Source: a virus (Duplodnaviria > Caudoviricetes). Taken from it: DNA of 28,888 bases. This document shows positions 1 through 6,797 of the stretch, in pieces. The notes beneath the pieces were generated by a model, which saw nothing but the letters and a program-made list of their open reading frames with translations, searched no databases and was not told the origin of the DNA. The stretch spans positions 1-28,888 of the IMG/VR virus record IMGVR_UViG_3300037515_000164. One strand, 5' to 3'. Position 1 is the stretch's first letter. Each line of letters starts with the position of its first letter. Made by a program: the position numbers and the translations under genes.

Positions 1-250
1 AAGAGTATCCTTGTCTATAAGTAACTGTTTTTATTTCAGAATTAGTAAATAAAGTTTTAATTTCAATAGGAAGGTCAGTAATTAATCCTCCTAGACTATC
101 AGCAAGACCTTCATAGTTTTTACTAATCTCTGCTGTTAAAGAAAAAGGAAGAGGAGTTATATATTTACTCCTATCTTTAGGTTTATGTTGTTTCTTAGGT
201 TCTGCTTTTTTAGGTTTCTCTTTTCTACCTATTAGTGATTTTAGTTTCAT
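1..250 (-). CDS. Hypothetical protein, Lys-rich N-terminus, partial (runs off left edge)
   Basis: Translated by hand: ATG at 250 directly after the stop of the RepL-like gene; MKLKSLIGRKEKPKKAEPKKQHKPK... open to position 1. Not in the ORF track. Confidence 0.75.
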   Translation of the reverse strand, partial: MKLKSLIGRKEKPKKAEPKKQHKPKDRSKYITPLPFSLTAEISKNYEGLADSLGGLITDLPIEIKTLFTNSEIKTVTYRQGYS

Positions 251-712
251 TTAATTTTGTTTTAAAAATTTATCTACTATGTAGTTTCCTTTATAATAAC
301 GATTATGATTTATCCAATAAACCTCTTTCGTTCTAGTCCTAGATATATCTTTATTATCTATAAGCTCTTTAATAGCTTTAAATAAAGTACTTTCATCTTT
401 ATTAATAATAGTACCTATATCTGACATTTTAAGTCTAAACGTAGGTGTATTATACTCTAAACAATAATATAAAATATAAAATAAAACAGTCTTAGCAGTA
501 GAGGATAAATTATCATATTTTGTTATGTCTAATTCGGTTCCTATTATAAACTTAACATACTCGTCTTGTTTAAAATACCTTTTTCGAGCAAGAACTACGT
601 CTTCTCCTTCTCCAGCCCGTAATTCTTCTAGGGAAGCTCTAAGTTTTACATTTTTATCATAAAACGGAGACTGTTCTATATTATATTCTATTGTTATTAT
701 CTTTCTTTTCAT
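251..712 (-). CDS. RepL-like winged-helix DNA-binding / replication-maintenance protein
   Basis: LSSTAKTVLFYIL...SDIGTIINKDESTLFKAIKELIDNKDISRT...YWINHNRYYKGN fits the wHTH plus Y-x-IN ending of RepL-type proteins, which occur in crAss-like phages. Confidence 0.65.
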   Translation of the reverse strand: MKRKIITIEYNIEQSPFYDKNVKLRASLEELRAGEGEDVVLARKRYFKQDEYVKFIIGTELDITKYDNLSSTAKTVLFYILYYCLEYNTPTFRLKMSDIGTIINKDESTLFKAIKELIDNKDISRTRTKEVYWINHNRYYKGNYIVDKFLKQN

Positions 713-719
713 AATTACA

Positions 720-890
720 TTATCGTAAATTATGTGTTACTTTAGTTATTTCATCTATAAATATAATAGAATGAGCCTGTCCTAATTGACTAAATGTTAA
801 AGTATTAAAATCTTTTAGTTTAATTTTAGTAACAGGCTTATTTCTACTATCAAATTTAAGGTCTTTGTGTGTAAGTATTATTTGTACCAT
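720..890 (-). CDS. Small hypothetical protein (probable start MVQIILTHK at 890 rather than 923)
   Basis: ORF track. The ATG at 890 overlaps the end of the upstream 34-aa ORF, consistent with translational coupling. Confidence 0.55.
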   Translation of the reverse strand: MVQIILTHKDLKFDSRNKPVTKIKLKDFNTLTFSQLGQAHSIIFIDEITKVTHNLR

Positions 891-982
891 AGTATCATTA
901 GTCTTATAATGTAATAAAACCATATTATAAATAAAGGTATTAATACCACAAGTAAATAGGTTAAGCTCTTCTTTGTTTTCAT
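878..982 (-). CDS. 34-aa single-pass membrane microprotein
   Basis: Hand translation MKTKKSLTYLLVVLIPLFIIWFYYIIRLMILWYK*; basic N-terminus then a hydrophobic span; fills the gap between neighbouring ORFs. Confidence 0.55.
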   Translation of the reverse strand: MKTKKSLTYLLVVLIPLFIIWFYYIIRLMILWYK

Positions 983-1002
983 TGGGATAAAATTAAAGGT
1001 TA

Positions 1003-1206
1003 TTAAAAAGAATTATCTTCATCAAATTCAGGTTGTTCTATGGGCATAATGGTAACAAATATATTTGTATTATTACTCTTAGTACGAATTTGGTCATGCT
1101 TTGTTTCTTTTATAGAAACTACATCATCGATAGACATATCTTTGATAACTTCTTGAAGAGTACTGATACTACCTATAGTACCAGCACCAATTACGATTAC
1201 TTTCAT
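1003..1206 (-). CDS. Small hypothetical protein with N-terminal GxGxxG motif and acidic tail
   Basis: MKVIVIGAGTIG...EQPEFDEDNSF; starts 3 nt after the OMP stop. Confidence 0.6.
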   Translation of the reverse strand: MKVIVIGAGTIGSISTLQEVIKDMSIDDVVSIKETKHDQIRTKSNNTNIFVTIMPIEQPEFDEDNSF

Positions 1207-1209
1207 AGT

Positions 1210-1731
1210 TTATAAATAAAATATTATATGTACTTTACCTCCATATCTCCATTCTCTTTTAGGTAAATCTGTAGCTCTATCTACAGAACCTTCAAGTTCA
1301 ACAGCAAATACATCAGTAATAAAATATCTAAACGGGATATTAACACCATAATAATATGTGTCATCCCATTTGATACTGTCATATTCTCCTATCTTAATAT
1401 GTTCTCTAAATATATCACCTATTTCTAGTTGAGGTATAAATAATAAATCAATATTAAGTATGGTAAAATTAATAGGAATACCAAAATCAGCAAACCAACT
1501 ACGATATTCTTCTCGTAAGTTAGCATATTCAGCTCCTATTGCGAAATACAAATCATTATCTCTACCACGATATTCTATTTTAACATCTATGTTAATCTTA
1601 CTATCATGTGTAGTATATTCATTATTAGCTCCAAATATTAACAGTTTAGGGTCAATACCTGCGTTCACACTAAATTGTGCAATACATCCAGTACTCACAA
1701 TTAGCATCATTATTAGTAATGCTTTTCTCAT
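1210..1731 (-). CDS. Putative outer-membrane beta-barrel protein with Sec signal peptide (start revised to 1731)
   Basis: MRKALLIMMLIVSTGCIA|QFSVNAGID signal with Gln at +1; alternating amphipathic strands (INIDVKIEY, LYFAIGAEY, YYYGVNIPFRYF, FAVELEGSV); C-terminal YGGKVHIIFYL resembles a beta-signal strand. Confidence 0.7.
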   Translation of the reverse strand: MRKALLIMMLIVSTGCIAQFSVNAGIDPKLLIFGANNEYTTHDSKINIDVKIEYRGRDNDLYFAIGAEYANLREEYRSWFADFGIPINFTILNIDLLFIPQLEIGDIFREHIKIGEYDSIKWDDTYYYGVNIPFRYFITDVFAVELEGSVDRATDLPKREWRYGGKVHIIFYL

Positions 1732-1762
1732 GGTTATTTGTTTTAATTGTTGTTGTATTAGC

Positions 1763-2260
1763 ACCCTCTTTCTTATTATTAGTTGCTTGGCATCTGCAAA
1801 TAAGAGTAGGGTCATGTTAATATAATAAGAGGCCATGAAAAGAACTTATTACATTAACTACTTGCCGAGAACTCATTTGTGTTGTAGTGATAGCTGTTAA
1901 CACTCTCCGTACATTACTTTCTCAAGGTAACAACACATCCAAACATTACTGTTGGTATCTTTATGTGAATAGTTGGTTTAACCATACCCAACTACATTTA
2001 AAGTATCTCTACTTTCTTGGTTCACAATTTGAAAAAGAGGTTCAATGTTTAGCCCCTTAGTAACTACTATATATCCTTCAATTTAATCCCTCTAACAAAA
2101 CTAAGTGAAGTAAGAATATAAACAGTAGTTATATTTTAGAATAATGTTCTTATAGACAATACTCAAAAACTATAAGAACACTATTATTTCCCTCATTACT
2201 TAGTGGTTATAATAAGCAATGAAAATAAAACTAGTAAGAACGTTAGTATTGTTTTATTCA
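1763..2260 (-). ncRNA. Candidate large structured non-coding RNA or structured leader
   Basis: No credible ORF; helices at 1763-1812, 1878-1885/1930-1937, 1914-1930 (GAGA loop), 1939-1955 (GUAA loop), 1970-1994, 2061-2068/2124-2131 and 2145-2155/2170-2180. The GNRA loops read on the minus strand. Confidence 0.45.
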
Positions 2261-2283
2261 GATAAAGATTCTTTAAATTCTTT

Positions 2284-2538
2284 TCATAGTTTAACTAAAA
2301 AATCCAAATGAGCTGTTCCTTTTGTAGTAAAAACAACTATCTCATTGTCTTCAATAGAAGCAGCAAGATAATTAATAACAGCAGTATCTCCTTCTTTTGT
2401 TCCTTCATGTCCTACAGTTTCTCCTACAACAAATACCTCTCCATAAGAGTTAATAGCTGTTTTCCCATCAACAGATAGAAAATTTTGTAGAAGTAGTTCT
2501 CTTTCAGTTTTTCTAGCTTCTACATATTTATCTAGCAT
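2284..2538 (-). CDS. Hypothetical protein (possibly extends to ATG 2629 across a 1-nt frameshift)
   Basis: ORF track; the frame stays open upstream to about 2625. Confidence 0.65.
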   Translation of the reverse strand: MLDKYVEARKTERELLLQNFLSVDGKTAINSYGEVFVVGETVGHEGTKEGDTAVINYLAASIEDNEIVVFTTKGTAHLDFLVKL

Positions 2539-2667
2539 AATTCTTAATTGTTCTTGTTTATCTATAGATTGAAATCCTTCAAATCTAGTATCTAAAAACC
2601 CATTGTAATATCTTATCAGATTTATTCATTTTTATTATGTATTAAATTATACTCAATAAGTTTAATA

Positions 2668-2737
2668 AGACTAACCGATTCAAGAGTAGCGTTGTTAGTA
2701 ACAGCTACAGCAGATTCTCCCTCTCCTCGGTTAGTCT
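2668..2737 (-). other. Intergenic branched stem-loop
   Basis: Perfect 11-bp inverted repeat AGACTAACCGA (2668-2678) / TCGGTTAGTCT (2727-2737) enclosing an inner GTAGC/GCTAC hairpin. Confidence 0.65.
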
Positions 2738-2746
2738 CAAAAACCA

Positions 2747-2983
2747 CTAAACTACTGGTACATATAAGTTACAAATACCATTAACATGAACAGGTATATT
2801 ACCTTGTAAACACATTAATTCATTAGTTTTATTGGCTTTAGTATAAATACTAAATTGACAGTCTTGACAAGTAGCACAAGCACTAACATCTTCAAGGTTA
2901 TCTATAACTTCTATATCACCATCTTCAACAATACTAACAACTTCTCTATAATTGTTAGCAATTTTAAAACCAACTGCATCCAT
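2747..2983 (-). CDS. Small Cys-rich (putative metal-binding) protein
   Basis: CATCQDC...LMC...GICNLY; ATG at 2983 preferred over TTG at 2992. Confidence 0.65.
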   Translation of the reverse strand: MDAVGFKIANNYREVVSIVEDGDIEVIDNLEDVSACATCQDCQFSIYTKANKTNELMCLQGNIPVHVNGICNLYVPVV

Positions 2984-2989
2984 AATAAT

Positions 2990-3020
2990 CAAATTTAAGC
3001 AAATTTACATAAAAAAACAA
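2990..3020 (-). promoter_or_regulatory. Candidate Bacteroidota sigma-A-type promoter
   Basis: Minus strand has two TAAATTTG boxes (3007-3000, 2997-2990) matching the -7 consensus TAnnTTTG, with TTG 20 nt upstream of the second box. Confidence 0.4.
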
Positions 3021-3361
3021 CCTCATCTCCTTTATTTACAGGGAGTTACAAAACGTACTGGCAAAAACCGCCACTAGACAGGCAATACACGCCAGTAGCA
3101 GAGCTGTAATACATTGATTTTCAGCATATTAATTTCTGTCCTTATTAATATAGTTATACATACTAAAAAATATTAATATTACCTAATTATTTAACATTTT
3201 ATTTTTGTTGATAAGCTGTTTATAAAGATTAAAAAACTGTTAGTAATATTAGTAATGTTTAAAGTTGTTATAGTTGTTAACAATTGTAGTAATTGGAATT
3301 AGATGTTATATAAATATACTTGTTTGAATATATGTTAATTGATTAGTTTGTTGATTAGGAA

Positions 3362-3439
3362 GGAGAACTGGCTACAGAGCATCAACAGTCTCTTAATTCT
3401 TATTAATCAAAAAACCTCTATAGCCTCTAATAGTTCTCC
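3362..3439 (-). other. Long interrupted stem-loop 3' of the membrane-protein gene
   Basis: GGAGAACT/AGTTCTCC (8 bp) plus GGCTACAGAG/CTCTATAGCC (10 bp; the mismatch is G-U on the minus strand). Confidence 0.6.
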
Positions 3440-3446
3440 CTGTACT

Positions 3447-3653
3447 CTAGTCTTCTTTTATTATAGGTAAAATCCCTCTAAAAATAGCTATACCTATTGT
3501 AAGTAGAAATAATCCTAGAGCTTTCATCAATAAGAACATAAATACATGGAATGTATTCATTTCTCCAAATAGTAATAATAGTCCTATCCCTATACAGAGA
3601 AAGAGGAGGAGTAATATTATTATCTGTTTATATATTAACGGTAGTGATTTCAT
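3447..3653 (-). CDS. Small membrane protein with two TM helices
   Basis: Two hydrophobic spans (IIILLLLFLCIGIGLLLLF; LGLFLLTIGIAIF); 4-nt ATGA overlap with the upstream ORF. Confidence 0.7.
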   Translation of the reverse strand: MKSLPLIYKQIIILLLLFLCIGIGLLLLFGEMNTFHVFMFLLMKALGLFLLTIGIAIFRGILPIIKED

Positions 3654-3844
3654 AAGTTTATTGGTTTATTAGTTTTTAATGTTACAACATTTGTTTTAGT
3701 CTTAATATCTCTTACTACCTTAATAGTCTTAAAGGTTGTATGAGCTATATTATTTTCTTTGAGTTCTTTTAGTATAGTTCTACCTATGTTGATACCTCTT
3801 GGAACTATTACTGTTAATTGATTGTTGTTATAATCTATGTACAT
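3650..3844 (-). CDS. Small basic hypothetical protein
   Basis: ORF track; operon packing with ATGA overlap. Confidence 0.65.
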   Translation of the reverse strand: MYIDYNNNQLTVIVPRGINIGRTILKELKENNIAHTTFKTIKVVRDIKTKTNVVTLKTNKPINL

Positions 3845-3923
3845 TTAGTGGTTATTTAGTGGATTAATAAAAATACTATGAATATGTAGCCAAAGAACAT
3901 CAATATCTCCAGCAGTTGTAATA

Positions 3924-3959
3924 ACTACAGAACTACCAGTTTCCTAGTAGTCCTGTAGT
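3924..3959 (-). terminator. 16-bp hairpin with GAAA tetraloop (terminator, stabiliser or processing stem)
   Basis: Minus strand ACUACAGGACUACUAG-GAAA-CUGGUAGUUCUGUAGU; fully paired with two G-U pairs on the minus strand only; 15 nt after the stop of 3975..4652; no strong U-tract. Confidence 0.65.
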
Positions 3960-3974
3960 ATCTACAATTAGTGA

Positions 3975-4652
3975 TTATTTTTTACCTGCTTTAGCTGTTT
4001 CAGCTTCTTCAGCTTCTTCAGTTACTTCAGGCTTTGCAGAAGCTGTAGTGTTATCTACTGCTGTACCTGCATTAATACCAAGAGCGTGTTTTAATACATC
4101 AGAATCAATATCATTAGCATCAAACTCGCTATTATCCTGTGTTGTATTAGCTTTAGCTACAGGTTCAGCATCATCATATAACATAGCCATATACAACTTG
4201 GCTTTAGCAATACTGTCCTTGTTCATAGCCTTAACTAAAGGATTAACACGAACAGTAAGAAATCCGTCCTCAACGATAGTCATGTCTGTTTCATAAGGAA
4301 GCTTATCTCCTGGTACAACAGTGTTGTATCTAGGATTATTTGGGTCTGTAACAACAGTACTTTCCTCTCTTACAACCCATAAATCGCCCTTTTTACAATA
4401 CTTGATATTACCTGTGATGGTAAAAGGTTTAGCTTGTAAATCCTCAAGAGCATCTCTAACTTCAGGATGTCTTGTGTTGTTAATCCTATCATCAATAAGA
4501 AAGCTACCAGAAAGGTCTGTTAGGAATTGTTTACCTCTCCTAATGAGGTTTGGCTTGCCATTAGCAAGATGAAATACAAAAAGGTCAAGAACATTTCCGT
4601 CCTTATCCTTAGTAATGTGACTAATTCGGTTAACACTAACTGTGGTTTCCAT
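3975..4652 (-). CDS. Hypothetical protein, beta-rich core with acidic/Ala-rich disordered tail; first gene of the leftward unit
   Basis: 225-aa ORF with AT-rich leader; tail ...EVTEEAEEAETAKAGKK. Confidence 0.85.
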   Translation of the reverse strand: METTVSVNRISHITKDKDGNVLDLFVFHLANGKPNLIRRGKQFLTDLSGSFLIDDRINNTRHPEVRDALEDLQAKPFTITGNIKYCKKGDLWVVREESTVVTDPNNPRYNTVVPGDKLPYETDMTIVEDGFLTVRVNPLVKAMNKDSIAKAKLYMAMLYDDAEPVAKANTTQDNSEFDANDIDSDVLKHALGINAGTAVDNTTASAKPEVTEEAEEAETAKAGKK

Positions 4653-4702
4653 AATAAAATAAATTTAAATTTATATCAGCACTATTGCTAATATAGACAA
4701 AA

Positions 4703-4826
4703 GACATACGGGGTATGTCCATTGCCAAAAATTAGCTATGGGTGTTTGTGAGGGTGGTACTCCCTCTTGAAAACATACTCCAAAAACCCCACGGGGTACT
4801 TCAACATCCTTACTAACACGGGGGTA
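4703..4826. repeat. GC-rich cluster of ACGGGG(G)TA repeats and short inverted repeats
   Basis: ACGGGGTA at 4708 and 4791, ACGGGGGTA at 4818; inverted repeats GACATAC/GTATGTC (4703-4719), GAGGG/CCCTC (4750-4766), ACCCC/GGGGT (4786-4797). Confidence 0.7.
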
Positions 4827-4860
4827 TCTAACACTACTTTTACTGCTTTTATTATCTCTA

Positions 4861-4882
4861 CTACCTCTACCTCTACCTCTAC
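4861..4882 (+). repeat. (CTACCT)x3.7 tandem repeat within a G-depleted tract
   Basis: ctacct ctacct ctacct ctac; CTCTACTACCTC occurs at 4856 and 4906. Confidence 0.8.
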
Positions 4883-5020
4883 ATCTTATAATACTTCAAC
4901 ATATACTCTACTACCTCGGCACTTACAATACCTCTACTTATACCATTACAAATACCATTATCTATAACAGTTAAAACACTTTTTCTGTTATTTGTACAGA
5001 TTTTCTACTTGTTTATAGTC

Positions 5021-5034
5021 CAACTTTAAAGTTG
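5021..5034. promoter_or_regulatory. Perfect 14-bp palindrome, candidate operator
   Basis: CAACTTTAAAGTTG immediately followed by TATAAT, upstream of the rightward gene block. Confidence 0.4.
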
Positions 5035-5146
5035 TATAATATATATGGTGTAATTAATCGATTTTTCATACTTTTTTCAGATAAAAAACTACGATATATA
5101 CATATTTTTACTAAATTTACTGTAATTAATTATAAATGTATCTATT

Positions 5147-5692
5147 ATGAAAACAGAAACAATTGAACAACTGACCAGTCTTAGAGTTAGACTTGATGGA
5201 GTTGAAAAAAGTGTTGAAGCTTTACCTAAAACAAGGTATTCTTCTCTTGCTCTTACTGCTTTGGAAACAGGTAGAATGTATGTAGGAGAAGTTTGTAGAG
5301 AATTGGGTAAAGAATATCCTTATGAAGCTACTAAAAAAGCTATTGATGCATCAGGAATACAACCTGCTGTAGATTTAAGTACAACAGGTAGTTATCTTAT
5401 TGGAGATAATGAGATTGTAAATCTTAATACTCTAAGAGAAGATTTAGAAAAACATACTCAAGTTCTACTTGATGTTGTAGCGAACGATGATTTTGGACAA
5501 GATATGCCAGATGATCCTGAAAAATTTCTTCCCCTAATATCTGCTTGTAATGGTGCTTATCAAGGACTTAAAGAAGCTAGAATGTGGCTAGGTAAGAGAC
5601 TTGGTGAGATTAGAGATAAAGTCGTAGAACATCCTTTAACTCCTAGTGAAGCTAATGAACCGCAAAGTAGTAATCCAGTACCTCAAAGCTAG
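5147..5692 (+). CDS. Protein with two Acb2/Tad1-like helical-hairpin repeats (putative nucleotide-signal sponge)
   Basis: RYSSLALTALETGRMYVGEVCRELGKEYPY and NGAYQGLKEARMWLGKRLGEI resemble the R-x-x-SLA-x-T-x-L-E-E-A-x-MW signature. Confidence 0.55.
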   Translation: MKTETIEQLTSLRVRLDGVEKSVEALPKTRYSSLALTALETGRMYVGEVCRELGKEYPYEATKKAIDASGIQPAVDLSTTGSYLIGDNEIVNLNTLREDLEKHTQVLLDVVANDDFGQDMPDDPEKFLPLISACNGAYQGLKEARMWLGKRLGEIRDKVVEHPLTPSEANEPQSSNPVPQS

Positions 5693-5921
5693 TACTGAAG
5701 ATTCTTACTTATTTATTAAAGTTGATGAAAACCTTGCAGGATTGCTCTTTGATATTCTTTATGATGAAGGTTATACTGTAGCTTCTTCTAATGAAGATAT
5801 TTATAACAAAATGTCTTGTGTTGGAAGAAGTTACGTTGTAACTGGTAAATCAGATATTGATACTTTTAAAAAGAATAGATTAGCCCTGCTACAAAAAACA
5901 TATATAAATGGAACGAAATGA
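5655..5921 (+). CDS. Hypothetical protein
   Basis: ORF track; ATG at 5655 preferred over GTG at 5646. Confidence 0.7.
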   Translation: MNRKVVIQYLKASTEDSYLFIKVDENLAGLLFDILYDEGYTVASSNEDIYNKMSCVGRSYVVTGKSDIDTFKKNRLALLQKTYINGTK

Positions 5922-6387
5922 TGTTAATATAGCTTCTTTAACTCATAAGATATTAGATAGACTAAATGAATCTTTAGAGAAGAGAAATATTAAGAAATTT
6001 TTTGATGTTAAAATATCTAAAGGTACTACTCCTCTCGATGTTTCTAGTACTATTGTTAATGAAAAGAAAGGAGGTAAAATAACCAAAACTGCTCCTACAA
6101 GAACTATTAAGTTAGTTGCTGTAGATTTACAAACTAATGAGAGGATAGTCCTTTATGAAACTACTTATAGACCTTCACATCCTGCTGAATTAATGAATAA
6201 AGTATATATTACTAAATTGTATTCAGAACTTTTTGCTCAATGTTTGATATTTACTTCTATTAATATTGAAAGTATTACTGTGAAAAACAAAGCAGAACGA
6301 GAAGCAAAAGAAGCTAGCAAAAGAGCCGAAGAAAATGCTAAGGCTATAGGAGTTGTTATTGATAAAAAACCTGTTTTAGAACAATGA
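5908..6387 (+). CDS. Hypothetical protein
   Basis: 159-aa ORF overlapping both neighbours. Confidence 0.8.
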   Translation: MERNDVNIASLTHKILDRLNESLEKRNIKKFFDVKISKGTTPLDVSSTIVNEKKGGKITKTAPTRTIKLVAVDLQTNERIVLYETTYRPSHPAELMNKVYITKLYSELFAQCLIFTSINIESITVKNKAEREAKEASKRAEENAKAIGVVIDKKPVLEQ

Positions 6388-6797
6388 AGTTAGATATTAC
6401 TTTAAAGGAGGTTTTAATAAAACTCCAAGGTATGATAAGACAGAAGTACGGTATAGAGATGTCTATACAAGAAATAGGAGTTATTTATGAAAGCCAATTT
6501 CAAGTATCCGCTTTAGCTTTTAAGAAAGGTGTAAATGTTAGACTTCCTTATTTTGGTGTCTTTATAAGAAAGAGAAAGCTTGATAAGATAAGTGAATATA
6601 AAGAACTAAAAAAAGAAGAACCTTTTATAAGTAAAGAAGAATACAAGAGAAAGTTGCTAGAATTAAAGATGCAACAAAAAGCTATAACAAGTAGTATTAA
6701 GAGTGATACTGTGGCTTATACTTTTGAGGAACTTAAAGAAGTTAAAGATATTGTGGATGTAGCTAATAAATTTGATAAAGTGTTTTATGAGGGATAA
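6384..6797 (+). CDS. HU/IHF-like DNA-binding protein
   Basis: Two N-terminal helices followed by KKGVNVRLPYFGVFIRKR, similar to the HU V-x-L-x-G-F-G-x-F motif. Confidence 0.6.
   Translation: MKLDITLKEVLIKLQGMIRQKYGIEMSIQEIGVIYESQFQVSALAFKKGVNVRLPYFGVFIRKRKLDKISEYKELKKEEPFISKEEYKRKLLELKMQQKAITSSIKSDTVAYTFEELKEVKDIVDVANKFDKVFYEG

Noticed and set aside
1732-1836. 35-aa N-terminal extension of the OMP in the ORF track
   Set aside because: It overlaps the 1763-1812 hairpin and would bury the signal peptide; ATG 1731 has a typical A-rich leader.
2040-2060. tmRNA or tRNA start (minus-strand GGGGCT)
   Set aside because: No following GGATTCGAC-like element, T-arm or matching acceptor/CCA end; I found no tRNA cloverleaf in the window.
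1033-4572. Plus-strand ORFs 1033-1215, 1460-1825, 4048-4296 and 4321-4572
   Set aside because: Antisense shadows of better-supported minus-strand genes.
4767-4967. 66-aa Thr/Ser/Tyr-rich ORF
   Set aside because: TTG start; its composition is a by-product of the G-poor CTACCT repeat tract.
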